A stretch of DNA of 64,000 bases from Eubacteriales bacterium (GCA_024655885.1 JANLFN010000003.1:30792-94791), one strand, 5' to 3'; counted from the first letter of the stretch, positions 1 through 9,575 are shown. Notes: a model not told the origin generated them from the sequence alone. Numbers and translations: made by a program.

Positions 1-585
<585 letters not shown>

Positions 586-646
586 CTATACATATTAAGC
601 CGCTATTTTTCAAGAAAATTTGGTGCAAAAATGGGGAAAATATTAA

Positions 647-778
647 GGTAAGGGGACACACCTTTCTGAACAAGGCGGTATTCCTTTTGCGCTAAGGAAT
701 GTCCCCTTTTGATGGGTAAGGAGACACTCCTTTCCGGGCAGGCCGTATTCCTTTTGTGTTAAGGAATGTCCCCTTTGG
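647..778. repeat. two tandem ~68-bp copies of a nested-hairpin intergenic element
   Basis: 647-714 and 715-778 align position for position with few mismatches. Each copy has outer arms GGGGAC/GTCCCC and an inner 7-bp stem ATTCCTT-N7-AAGGAAT. A degenerate third copy lies at 37263-37309. Confidence 0.8.
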
Positions 779-856
779 ATTGCGGAAGATATCGTTTTCC
801 GACCAAATAAAGGAGGAAAAAATACGGGAACAGGATATAAAAAAGGCATAGGACTG

Positions 857-1885
857 GTGTGCAGTCTGGTGACCCGGGTTTTCCCCGAGGTTGACCGTGA
901 GCTCGCCTGCTGGCGCGGTTTGTGCGGTGAGATGGAGGATGGGGAGCTGGCCCTGCAGGCGGCGTCCAGCATAGAGCATAAAAGGTTCCACGCGCAGGGC
1001 GGAAGCGTCTATGCCCTTTACCCCGGAACCCCCCTGTCGCCTTCCGTAAAGCTGATTGTTTCCCTGCAGACCATCAGCGACTACCTGGATAACCTGTGCG
1101 ACAGGATGGGAACACAGGAGGAAGCCGCCCTGCGCCAGCTTCACCTGGCCGTGCTGGAAGCCGTCGACCCCCGGGGGGGATTGAGCGATTATTACAGGCT
1201 GTACCCCCACAAGGGGGACCACTTTTACCTCAACAGGCTGGTGCAAAAATGCAGGGAGCAGGTGGAAGGGATTCCCGCCTACAGCGCAGTCATGGGATGC
1301 ATAAAAAAATATGCGGGCCTTTACAGCGACCTGCAGGTCTATAAGCATTTGCCCCAGGAAGTCAGGGAGGACCGCATGAGAAATTGGGCGGGCAGGTTTG
1401 CGCAGGAATACCCGGAAATCAGCTTATGGGAATTTTCCGCCGCTTCCGGCTCTACCCTGGGCATGTTTGCTATGGCGGCCGCGGCCTTTAATCCCTCCCT
1501 TACGCCCCAGGACGTGAAAGAGCTGGACTCTGCCTACTTTCCCTGGATATGCGGCCTGCACATCCTTTTAGACTACTACATCGACCTGCAGGAAGATCTG
1601 CAGCACGGCGATTTGAACTTTGTACAATACTATAAAAATATGGATGAGTGCGAAGAAAGGCTCTCCTTTTTTATAAACCGTTCTTTTGCAGCCTGCTGCC
1701 GGCTGAATTTCCCCGATTTCCACCGCACCGTGGTCATGGGCCTGCTTGCCATGTACCTCTCCGACGCCAAAGCCCTGAAGGAATTCAACAGGGCTGCAAC
1801 CCTCCGGCTTTTAGGGCGCGGGGGAGGAAACACAAGGTTGTATTTCAGGCTGTGCCGCATGCTGAGGTCCCTGGGGAAACTGTGA
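857..1885 (+). CDS. ytpB: tetraprenyl-beta-curcumene synthase-like protein (YtpB/DUF2600 family)
   Basis: 342 aa. The segments FHAQGGSVYA and LQTISDYLDNLCDRM match the YtpB family signature as I recall it from B. subtilis (YQTISDYLDNLCDRS). The start (GTG at 857) is uncertain; an AGGAGG at 811-816 has no canonical start codon behind it. Confidence 0.7.
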   Translation: MCSLVTRVFPEVDRELACWRGLCGEMEDGELALQAASSIEHKRFHAQGGSVYALYPGTPLSPSVKLIVSLQTISDYLDNLCDRMGTQEEAALRQLHLAVLEAVDPRGGLSDYYRLYPHKGDHFYLNRLVQKCREQVEGIPAYSAVMGCIKKYAGLYSDLQVYKHLPQEVREDRMRNWAGRFAQEYPEISLWEFSAASGSTLGMFAMAAAAFNPSLTPQDVKELDSAYFPWICGLHILLDYYIDLQEDLQHGDLNFVQYYKNMDECEERLSFFINRSFAACCRLNFPDFHRTVVMGLLAMYLSDAKALKEFNRAATLRLLGRGGGNTRLYFRLCRMLRSLGKL

Positions 1886-1897
1886 CCTGCCGTAAGC

Positions 1898-2917
1898 TCA
1901 GCTTGTCCTCAGCAGAAGCTTGTCCGCCAGATTGCGGAGAAAATCGGTGTGGCGGGACCCGGGAAGCAGGCTCAGGCACTGCTTGGCTTTTGTTATATAA
2001 GTCCTGGCCACGTCAAAGGCTTTATCCATCACTCCCGATTTGTGGACCAGGTTTACAAGATGGTCCACCAGCTGTTCAACGGAGGTGTGCCTTTTTATGA
2101 TATCCCTGGCCCTGGGCCCATGCCGGTCATGGTTCAGCAGCAGTATGACAGGCAGGGTTATGTTGCCCTGGCGCAGGTCGTTATACCTGGTTTTTCCCAT
2201 GACTTCAACCCGTCCGCTGAAGTCCAGGATGTCGTCAATGATCTGGAAGGCAAAACCCAGGTTTAATCCATATTCCCCCACCAGCTTCAAATAAAGCTCG
2301 TCCGCGCCTGACGCATGGGCTCCGGACTTGCAGCAGCAGGCAAGAAATATGGCTGTTTTCTTGGCTATGCAGTCATAATAGGCGTCCAGCCCTAAATCAA
2401 AGTTAAACCTGTTATTGGCCTGTTCAATTTCCCCCCGGCACATGTTCCCGATGGCCTCCACCATGTAATTCATGCAGCCCGTAAGCGTGTTGGAGGACAT
2501 AAGGCTGAAGGCCTTGGCAAATAAGTAGTCGCCGCATAAAACGGCATAGGTGTTGTCCCAGAGGCTGTTTACCGAAGGCTTATGCCGTCGGATGCTGGAG
2601 TTGTCGATAACATCGTCGTGGACCAGTGAAGCCATGTGTATCAGTTCTGCCGCTACCGCCGCATTCCTCAATTCACTGGTAAGGCCTGAAAATATAAGCC
2701 CGCTGTGTAATACCAGCAGAGGCCTGATGCGTTTGCCCCTTCCGTTTAATATGTGGCTGCACATTTCCCTTACAGGGCCTTCGCTGTCCGATAAAGCCTC
2801 CCATATCCCCCTTTCCAGGAATTCCAGCTCCGGCAAATCCACTGTTTTAGGCTCCTGTTCCAGAAATCCCAAACCCGTATCCTGCTGAAAATTGTTCAAA
2901 AGCATCAACTCTTCCAT
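1898..2917 (-). CDS. trans-polyprenyl diphosphate synthase (medium/long-chain type, HepT/IspB-like)
   Basis: 339 aa with both Asp-rich motifs (LVHDDVIDNSSIRRHKPS and FQIIDDILDF). Residues 4 and 5 positions before the first motif are small (A, S). Convergent with the ytpB-like gene, 12-bp gap. Confidence 0.85.
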   Translation of the reverse strand: MEELMLLNNFQQDTGLGFLEQEPKTVDLPELEFLERGIWEALSDSEGPVREMCSHILNGRGKRIRPLLVLHSGLIFSGLTSELRNAAVAAELIHMASLVHDDVIDNSSIRRHKPSVNSLWDNTYAVLCGDYLFAKAFSLMSSNTLTGCMNYMVEAIGNMCRGEIEQANNRFNFDLGLDAYYDCIAKKTAIFLACCCKSGAHASGADELYLKLVGEYGLNLGFAFQIIDDILDFSGRVEVMGKTRYNDLRQGNITLPVILLLNHDRHGPRARDIIKRHTSVEQLVDHLVNLVHKSGVMDKAFDVARTYITKAKQCLSLLPGSRHTDFLRNLADKLLLRTS

Positions 2918-3005
2918 ATTGCATATTCTGTGAATTCAGAACTGTCCTTAGTATTGCCGATAAGAGTCTGGATTATCATTGAAGTGATTACATTTTTGTG
3001 AAAAT

Positions 3006-3542
3006 TTAATTTATTCCAAAAATATACCTGCAGGCCATGGAAGACACCAGGACACTGACAGCGTCCGCCGCCAGCGCCGCTATCAATGTATACCTTATAT
3101 TCTTTATTCCGACAGCCCCGAAATATACGGTCAGGGTATAAAAAATTGTTTCGGTGGACCCCATCATGGTGGACGCCACCCGGCCGATAAAGGAATCAGG
3201 GCCATAGGCCTTGAGTATATCCGACACAAGGGCGAGGGAAGCACTTCCCGAAATAGGCCTCAAAAAAGCAAGAGGCAGGGCTTCTGCCGGAATGCCCAGG
3301 GCGGACGCCACAGGAGCGGCTGCAAAAACAATAAGGTCCAGGGCGCCGGAAGCTCTAAAGACCCCAATGGCGACCAGCAGGCCTACCAGAGAAGGAAGAA
3401 TCCTTATGACGGTTGCGAGCCCTTCCTTTGCTCCTTCCACAAAGACATCAAATACCTTTACGCCTTTGTAAATTCCTGTGCATAAAATGAGCAGGAAAAT
3501 TACGGGAATTGCATAGACGGATGCGTTTTTAATCATATCCAT
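3006..3542 (-). CDS. spmB: spore maturation protein B
   Basis: 178-aa polytopic membrane protein directly downstream of spmA; nucleoside-recognition/SpmB-like sequence. Confidence 0.8.
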   Translation of the reverse strand: MDMIKNASVYAIPVIFLLILCTGIYKGVKVFDVFVEGAKEGLATVIRILPSLVGLLVAIGVFRASGALDLIVFAAAPVASALGIPAEALPLAFLRPISGSASLALVSDILKAYGPDSFIGRVASTMMGSTETIFYTLTVYFGAVGIKNIRYTLIAALAADAVSVLVSSMACRYIFGIN

Positions 3543-3547
3543 AAAAC

Positions 3548-4150
3548 CTAACGCCTTTTAGGCCGAAAGCCGCTCTTACACAATGCGGACAGGGCTTTTG
3601 CCGCTGTAACGCCCGCCAGTGTGGCGGAGATGGAAGCAATCCATACCGTAACGGTGATTTCCGCAGGATTGAGGGAGCCTGCGGCGGAACGCAAGGCAAT
3701 GACCGTAGCCGGTACCAGCTGGACAGCCGCCGTATTCAGCACCAGAAACATGCTCATGTCATCGGTGGCCGTATCCTTCTTCGGATTCAGCTTCTGGAGC
3801 TCATTCATGGCTTTAATTCCAAGGGGTGTGGCCGCATTCCCCAGGCCCAAAAAATTAGCTACAAGGTTCATGACAATGGCTCCCAAGGCCGGATGCCTCC
3901 TGGCTAACCCGGGAAAAAGAAGCTTGAGCACAGGTCTTGCAAGACCGGCAATCCTCTGGACCAGACCGCTTTTTTCTGCAATGGCCATCATGCCCGTCCA
4001 CAGGCACATGACTCCCAACAGCCCGATGCCGACACTGACGGCACCGGAAGCGGAATCAATGGCCGCCTTTGTAACCGTCTCCGCCCTCCCGCTGAAAATA
4101 CCCACAATAAATCCTAACACAAGCAGTCCAAACCATATATAATCAAGCAT
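3548..4150 (-). CDS. spmA: spore maturation protein A
   Basis: 200 aa. LGNAATPLGIKAM and the overall sequence are collinear with B. subtilis SpmA as I recall it. Confidence 0.85.
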   Translation of the reverse strand: MLDYIWFGLLVLGFIVGIFSGRAETVTKAAIDSASGAVSVGIGLLGVMCLWTGMMAIAEKSGLVQRIAGLARPVLKLLFPGLARRHPALGAIVMNLVANFLGLGNAATPLGIKAMNELQKLNPKKDTATDDMSMFLVLNTAAVQLVPATVIALRSAAGSLNPAEITVTVWIASISATLAGVTAAKALSALCKSGFRPKRR

Positions 4151-4284
4151 AAACCCTCCTCACAGCCCATCTCGGTTTCCAGTGACCCGGGTTTTAAAAC
4201 CCGCCTTTTACATTTATATGAAAGCGGGATATAGACTATTCAGTCCTTGCTGCCTATATTTTCCGCACGGTGTGCAAAAGAATT

Positions 4285-4291
4285 TGTCGAA
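4285..4291 (+). promoter_or_regulatory. Spo0A-box-like site (TGTCGAA), distal
   Basis: Exact TGNCGAA consensus inside the 10-mer TTTGTCGAAT, which is repeated at 4537-4546. Confidence 0.4.
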
Positions 4292-4495
4292 TTTTACAGT
4301 TTGACAGGGTTTCCGGATTACCAGTTAATTTCTGTATAATCTGTAACCGATAGCAACCATTCGAGACAGCTCATCCATACCCCGTAAAGCCTTATAATTC
4401 GCTATATAAGCAGATTTTGGCAATATGTTGATATATACTGCATATAAAATTCAAAACTTTTTATAACATTTTTTTGAATTTTTTTTAATTTATTG

Positions 4496-4524
4496 TTGAC
4501 GTATATTGGAATTTATGGTACTAT
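4496..4524 (+). promoter_or_regulatory. sigma-A-type promoter of abrB
   Basis: TTGACG (4496-4501), 17-nt spacer ending in TG (extended -10), TACTAT (4519-4524). About 50 nt upstream of the abrB ATG. Confidence 0.6.
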
Positions 4525-4539
4525 AACTTTAGAGAAGTT

Positions 4540-4546
4540 TGTCGAA
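4540..4546 (+). promoter_or_regulatory. Spo0A box (TGTCGAA) just downstream of the abrB -10
   Basis: Exact 0A-box consensus 16 nt after the -10 hexamer. The position fits Spo0A-P repression of abrB as known in Bacillus. Confidence 0.6.
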
Positions 4547-4572
4547 TACTGTAAAATTAGGGAGGATTTAAT

Positions 4573-4812
4573 ATGAAATCTACTGGTATAGTAAGAAAAG
4601 TGGATGAGCTGGGAAGAGTTGTACTACCTATCGAATTAAGAAGGACTCTTGACATTGCGGAAAAGGATGCGCTGGAAATTTACGTCGATGGCAACACCAT
4701 AATACTTAAAAAGTATGAACCTGCCTGTATATTCTGCGGAAATGCAAAAGACGTCAATGTCTACAAGGGAAAGAACATATGCCCCGACTGCATGAGGGAA
4801 TTGAAGAAATAG
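4573..4812 (+). CDS. abrB: transition-state regulator AbrB (SpoVT/AbrB swapped-hairpin domain) with Cys-rich C-terminus
   Basis: MKSTGIVRKVDELGRVVLPIELRRTLDI is the canonical AbrB N-domain. GGAGG RBS at 4561-4565. The C-terminus carries CxxC...CxxC. Confidence 0.9.
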   Translation: MKSTGIVRKVDELGRVVLPIELRRTLDIAEKDALEIYVDGNTIILKKYEPACIFCGNAKDVNVYKGKNICPDCMRELKK

Positions 4813-4831
4813 GGCGGTGTATACGAATACA

Positions 4832-4863
4832 AGGGCGTTTGATGATAGTCAGGCGCCTTTTTA
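4832..4863. terminator. probable bidirectional terminator between abrB and rsmI
   Basis: Stem AGGGCG (4832-4837) pairs with CGCCTT (4853-4858), followed by a T-run. Confidence 0.45.
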
Positions 4864-4878
4864 TTATTGTATCGAATG

Positions 4879-5760
4879 TCACGGGTCCCGCAGCACACGG
4901 TTGTAAACCTCTCTTTTACTGAGTCCTCTATCCTCGGACACCTTTTTTATGGCTTCTTTTTTACTCACTCCCTGTTTTGTATAAAAATCCACATGCTCTG
5001 CCATGGTCATGCCATCCCATTTTCTTCTCTCCTCCTCAAGGAGCTCCTGTTCAGCGGCGCCTTCCAGCACCAGGACAAATTCTCCTTTTGGCGGCTCTTT
5101 GGAATATTTTTCTATAGCCTCGGTCAGGGTACACCTCACCACCTGTTCGAATTTTTTAGTGAGCTCCCTGCCTATGGCAATTCTCCTGTCGCCCAGCATA
5201 TCCGTCAAGTCCTTTAATGTATAAATCAGCTTGTGAGGGGCTTCATACATGACAATAGTGCGCACCTCATTTTTAAGCGCAAGGATCCGCTCTCTCCTCT
5301 CCCTTTTATTCATGGGAAGAAAGCCTTCGAAAACAAACCTTCCCGCAGGCAAACCGGACAATACCAGCCCCATGACGGCGGCCACAGGTCCAGGGGCCAT
5401 AGTGACGTTCACGTTGTTCTCTATGGCGAGCCTTACCAGGTCCTCCCCGGGATCGGATATGCCCGGGGAACCCGCGTCCGACACCACCGCAATGCTTTTG
5501 CCCTCCAGCAGCAGGTCCATCAGGTAATTTCCTTTTCCTATCTTATTGTGCTCGTAATAGCTCACCATAGGTTTTTTTATGTCAAAATGGTTCAGCAGCT
5601 TCACCGTCTGCCTGGTATCCTCCGCAGCGATCAAATCCACTTCATTTAATATCTTTAAAGCCCTCAGGGTAATATCGTCCAGGTTTCCTATGGGAGTTGC
5701 CACAAGATATAAAGTTCCTTTTTCACTCAATGGGGGTTCCCTCTCTGCCGTATATTTCAT
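4879..5760 (-). CDS. rsmI: 16S rRNA (cytidine1402-2'-O)-methyltransferase
   Basis: LYLVATPIGNLDDITLRALKILNEVDLIAAEDTRQT is the RsmI/tetrapyrrole-methylase signature. The ORF extends to 5793, but the ATG at 5760 has an AAGGAG RBS. Confidence 0.9.
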   Translation of the reverse strand: MKYTAEREPPLSEKGTLYLVATPIGNLDDITLRALKILNEVDLIAAEDTRQTVKLLNHFDIKKPMVSYYEHNKIGKGNYLMDLLLEGKSIAVVSDAGSPGISDPGEDLVRLAIENNVNVTMAPGPVAAVMGLVLSGLPAGRFVFEGFLPMNKRERRERILALKNEVRTIVMYEAPHKLIYTLKDLTDMLGDRRIAIGRELTKKFEQVVRCTLTEAIEKYSKEPPKGEFVLVLEGAAEQELLEEERRKWDGMTMAEHVDFYTKQGVSKKEAIKKVSEDRGLSKREVYNRVLRDP

Positions 5761-6484
5761 TGATCTCCTTCGAATAACCGCCTTTTTCATCATGGATATA
5801 CAGGGGGGCCATCATTTTAAGCTCCGGCCTTCCGCCTTTCATCCCCTTGATCAGCAAAAGGTTGGGCTTCTTATAGGGAGAGGGATGGACAAACCTTAAA
5901 TATTTGGGCTCCAGTTTAAAGCTTCTCATAAGGCAGATAATATCCGCAATCCGCTCAGGTCTGTGCACCATCACAAACTGTCCTCCGGGAACCAGCAGCC
6001 CGCTGCCCGCCGCGACCACATCCTCCAGGGTACATTTGAGCTCATGCCGGGAAACCGCCTTAGTATCTGAAGGATTTACAAGCCCCCCGCCGTTCGGGAT
6101 ATAGGGGGGGTTGGTTATGACCACATTGAATTTTGCCCTTCCAAAATATTCATGACATTTTTTAATGTCTCCGACCACTATTTTGACCCGGTCCTCCAGC
6201 CCGTTCAGCCGGACGCTTCTTTCCGCCATCCGGGCCACCTCCGGCTGTATCTCCAGGCCCACAACAGTGCCGGCCTCCGTCTTGCCCGCCAGCAGCACCG
6301 CAATAATGCCTGTGCCGGTACCAAGGTCAATCACGCGGTCGCCCTTTTTTATATCTGCAAAATTTGCCAGCAGTACGGCATCCATCCCAAAGCGGAATCC
6401 GTCCTTTCTCTGTATAAGCCGCAAACCTTTGTACTGAAGGTCGTCCACCATCTCATTCTCCAGAATGTCAATTTGCGTATCCAT
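5723..6484 (-). CDS. tRNA1(Val) (adenine37-N6)-methyltransferase-like SAM methyltransferase (YabB/TrmN6 family)
   Basis: VIDLGTGTGIIAV (SAM motif I) and ITNPPY (N6-adenine motif IV). Same position as B. subtilis yabB. The ORF runs to 6553; the start at 6484 was chosen by comparison with family length and is uncertain. Confidence 0.8.
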   Translation of the reverse strand: MDTQIDILENEMVDDLQYKGLRLIQRKDGFRFGMDAVLLANFADIKKGDRVIDLGTGTGIIAVLLAGKTEAGTVVGLEIQPEVARMAERSVRLNGLEDRVKIVVGDIKKCHEYFGRAKFNVVITNPPYIPNGGGLVNPSDTKAVSRHELKCTLEDVVAAGSGLLVPGGQFVMVHRPERIADIICLMRSFKLEPKYLRFVHPSPYKKPNLLLIKGMKGGRPELKMMAPLYIHDEKGGYSKEINEIYGREGTPIE

Positions 6485-6605
6485 TCCTTTTTTATCCGTA
6501 TTCAAATCCAACCTCCGCCGCCTTGTCTTAACCATGCAAAAATAATGGGCCAAACCGGAGTATACGCCAAAGCTACCCCCCTGTTTGGCCCATTGATCTT
6601 TATAC

Positions 6606-6776
6606 TTATTTCTGCTGTGGAGCGTTCACAGGACACACATTTGCACACGAACCACATTCTATACATGCATCCGCATCGATAACATATCTGTCCTCCCCTG
6701 CCGAGATACAGGATACCGGACATTCTGATTCGCATGAGCCACAACTTACACATGCATCAGTAATAAAGTATGCCAT
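6606..6776 (-). CDS. clostridial-type 2x[4Fe-4S] ferredoxin (56 aa)
   Basis: MAYFITDACVSCGSCESECPVSCISAGEDRYVIDADACIECGSCANVCPVNAPQQK contains two CxxCxxCxxxCP motifs. Confidence 0.9.
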   Translation of the reverse strand: MAYFITDACVSCGSCESECPVSCISAGEDRYVIDADACIECGSCANVCPVNAPQQK

Positions 6777-6935
6777 TTTGGGACACCTCCTTAGTGATAT
6801 TTGTAACATATACTTTATCTAATACCATTTTCCTAATAACTATATCATTTTATCACCAAAATTCAATAAAGAAAACTACTTTTTATAAAGAGAGCAACTT
6901 TTTACATAATATAATTATTTACTACAAACAATCAT

Positions 6936-7811
6936 TTAATCCTCCAGCTGCTTCAATGTTTCCATATCTATTTCAATTTCGTCATCACAGCAGGACGCTG
7001 CGTCTTTAATCACCTTCACCTCGTTTGCCCTGTAAACTTTAATGTCGGTTTCGTTCCCTTTATCCATTTTTACCTTGACCAATTCCTTTAAAAGGCTTAT
7101 TTCCATAACCACACCCTGACCTTCCGGGGTATCTACCACCGCCCCCTGTTTGGGAACCCTGCTCAGGATTTCCTCATAGGCCTCCTGTTCATACTTTAAG
7201 CAGCACATCAGCCTTCCGCATATCCCGGAAATCTTTGTAGGATTTAAGGACAGCCCCTGTTCCTTGGCCATCTTGATGGACACAGGCTGGAATTCCCCAA
7301 GAAAGGATTTGCAGCATAAGGTGCGGCCGCAAATCCCTATTCCGCCCATCATTTTTGACTCGTCCCTGACTCCGATCTGCCTCAGTTCTATTCTTGTTTT
7401 AAATACCGAAGCCAGGTCCTTCACAAGTTCCCTGAAATCCACCCTGCCGTCTGCGGTAAAGTAAAACAGAATCTTATTGTTATCAAAGGTATATTCAACA
7501 TCAATGAGCTTCATGTCCAGGTTGTGGTCCTTTACTTTTTGAAGGTAGATGTTGAAGGCCTCTTTCTCCCTCTTGCTATTTTCTTCCGCATGCTGCTCGT
7601 CCTCGTTGGTAGCGATCCGTATGACCTTTTTAAGGGGGGCAACGATCTCCTCGTCGGGAACCTCCCTGTTTGACACAACCACCTGCCCGAATTCAATGCC
7701 CCGGACCGTTTCGACAATTACATGGGAACCTTTGGCTATATTAAAATCTCCCGGATCAAAATAATATATTTTCCCGGCCTTCTTAAACCTTACTCCTACC
7801 ACCTTTACCAT
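6936..7811 (-). CDS. ricT: PSP1-domain protein RicT (YaaT)
   Basis: MVKVVGVRFKKAGKIYYFDPGDF...VIVETVRGIEFGQVV is near-identical in pattern to B. subtilis YaaT. Overlaps the holB stop by 7 nt. Confidence 0.9.
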   Translation of the reverse strand: MVKVVGVRFKKAGKIYYFDPGDFNIAKGSHVIVETVRGIEFGQVVVSNREVPDEEIVAPLKKVIRIATNEDEQHAEENSKREKEAFNIYLQKVKDHNLDMKLIDVEYTFDNNKILFYFTADGRVDFRELVKDLASVFKTRIELRQIGVRDESKMMGGIGICGRTLCCKSFLGEFQPVSIKMAKEQGLSLNPTKISGICGRLMCCLKYEQEAYEEILSRVPKQGAVVDTPEGQGVVMEISLLKELVKVKMDKGNETDIKVYRANEVKVIKDAASCCDDEIEIDMETLKQLED

Positions 7812-8800
7812 TCAGCGGACTCCTCCTGAAGTTTCATAAGCATTACCTCTATGGCAAGCTGAAAATTCGCATTTTGTTTAATCATTCTGCGGGTCGTATC
7901 GATTGCACCCATATGGTGAATGAGGTTCTGTACCGTAAAATTACCCACATTTCTTAATATGATATCCTTTTTATCCGAATTAATCAATATATTTTCTTTC
8001 CCAGTCTCCTTGAAGACCAGCATATCCCTGTATAGTAGAAGCAGAGTATCCAGAATCGTGTCCATATGGTCCTTATTGGCCTCAAAAAAGCGGTACATGT
8101 CAAAGATGTCGGACAGTTTTGCCTTCCTCAACTCCAGGAAGATTTCCAGGGTTTTCTCCCTCAAGGAAAAAAACTCTTCGGAATTTACCAATTCCAGGGC
8201 CGTGCCTATGACACCATCCGCGTAAGAGGCGATAAATCTCATGTCTTTGTCCCTGCTTCCCGGCCGGGAAGCGAGAGCCCTTAAAACCTCCTCGGGGGTG
8301 TTTTTCTTGAAGTTATACTTAAAGGCCCTGGATTTGACCGTCTCCAGCAGCGCATCTGCATTGGAAGTGGTCAGGATGAGGGTTGCATAAGGGGGAGGCT
8401 CTTCCAGGGTTTTTAACAGGCCGTTCTGGGCCTGCACCGTCATTTTTTCCGCATCAAGGATCAAATAAACCTTCCTGGGAGAATACAGGGGCTTTACCAT
8501 GATGTCTCCCTGGATGCTCCTTATATCGTCAACCCCAATGCTTGCACCGCCCGCCTCAATCTCACGGAAATCAGGATTGGAGTTATTGGCGAACAGGCGG
8601 CAGGGCGTGCATTCCCCGCAGGTTCCCGTTGGGTCCGCTTTGCTGCAAAGCATAAGCCCTGCGAATATTCTTGCCGCCGTTTTTTTTCCGATGCCCCGGG
8701 GTCCGTTGAATATATAGGCATGTCCGGTTTTATTGGTTTTTATGGAGTTTTTCAGGCCTTCCACAACTTCCTGCTGGCCTATTATATCGTTGAAATTCAT
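7805..8800 (-). CDS. holB: DNA polymerase III delta-prime subunit
   Basis: 331 aa. HAYIFNGPRGIGKKT (P-loop-like), a Cys cluster (CGECTPC) and a clamp-loader layout. Conserved position after yaaR. Confidence 0.9.
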   Translation of the reverse strand: MNFNDIIGQQEVVEGLKNSIKTNKTGHAYIFNGPRGIGKKTAARIFAGLMLCSKADPTGTCGECTPCRLFANNSNPDFREIEAGGASIGVDDIRSIQGDIMVKPLYSPRKVYLILDAEKMTVQAQNGLLKTLEEPPPYATLILTTSNADALLETVKSRAFKYNFKKNTPEEVLRALASRPGSRDKDMRFIASYADGVIGTALELVNSEEFFSLREKTLEIFLELRKAKLSDIFDMYRFFEANKDHMDTILDTLLLLYRDMLVFKETGKENILINSDKKDIILRNVGNFTVQNLIHHMGAIDTTRRMIKQNANFQLAIEVMLMKLQEESAEW

Positions 8801-8855
8801 GCCGTTGATTATCCCTTCTATCTACAGCCGGGTATAGCCGAACATGGCTGTGTGT

Positions 8856-9008
8856 GGCTGAGAAGCTGAGTATAGCTGAGAGCTGGGAACTAAGCGCCGG
8901 GCATGGCCGAGGGGTTTGCTTTGCAAACACCGAATTGCTGAGATATCCGCCTTTTTCTCAGGCTTTCTCAATTTTTTCAGCTCTTCGGCTTTTTCAGCCT
9001 GTCAGCGG
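8856..9008. repeat. GCTGAG/CTCAGC micro-repeat spacer inside the yaaR-holB gene pair
   Basis: GGCTGAGAAGCTGAGTATAGCTGAGAGCTG at 8856-8885, then CTGAGA...TCTCAGG, TTTCAGC and TTCAGCC repeats up to 9008. The 15-mer GGCTGAGAAGCTGAG recurs reverse-complemented at 35743-35772. Confidence 0.7.
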
Positions 9009-9026
9009 TTATCCGCGCCGCACGGC

Positions 9027-9488
9027 CTACATCATTAAATCCAGGATGAGCCCCCGGATATCGTCCAGCCTTTTCAGTATGCCTATATTATCCTTCTCTT
9101 CACTTAAGACATCCTGCGTTAAAAGGTCAAGCTGCTCGTTTATCTTTTTTATGATGGCGTATACCCTGTGTCTCCCTCTCCGGTCGAGAAAGTTCTGCTT
9201 TGAAAACTTATAGGAGTTTCCCACCGCAAGACCCAAAAACTCGGCGATAAGGCTTTTGTACAGCTTCAATTCTCTAATATCCATTTTTTTACTAAGCTTC
9301 TCTCCCTGCCGGGAAATCAAGTCCACCAGCTCACTGGCCTTCTCTTCAAAGTTCCTGCTCTCAACCTGTTTAAGCCGGCTGTGAAAAGAGGCATCCATGG
9401 CGCCCGGCACTTTTTTGTTCTCTTTTTCAGCAATTTCCGGCAAACCCGGAGGTTTGCCCATGGTTTCCCTAACCTTCATGTCCACCAC
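9027..9488 (-). CDS. yaaR: YaaR (DUF327) family protein
   Basis: 153 aa. RRGRHRVYAIIKKINEQLDLLTQDVL...IRGLILDL is collinear with B. subtilis YaaR as I recall it. Conserved position between tmk and holB. Confidence 0.8.
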   Translation of the reverse strand: MVDMKVRETMGKPPGLPEIAEKENKKVPGAMDASFHSRLKQVESRNFEEKASELVDLISRQGEKLSKKMDIRELKLYKSLIAEFLGLAVGNSYKFSKQNFLDRRGRHRVYAIIKKINEQLDLLTQDVLSEEKDNIGILKRLDDIRGLILDLMM

Positions 9489-9575
9489 TCCCTCAAATTC
9501 GGAAATCCACTCTTATTGTGAGCATAGCAGGTTTAAGCGCCAAGACCCGTTGTTTCCAGCCGGTTGTTTTAATGT

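Noticed and set aside
647-778. CRISPR-like array
   Set aside because: There are only two directly abutting copies, no spacers and no cas genes in the window. It is a tandem duplication of a dispersed element.
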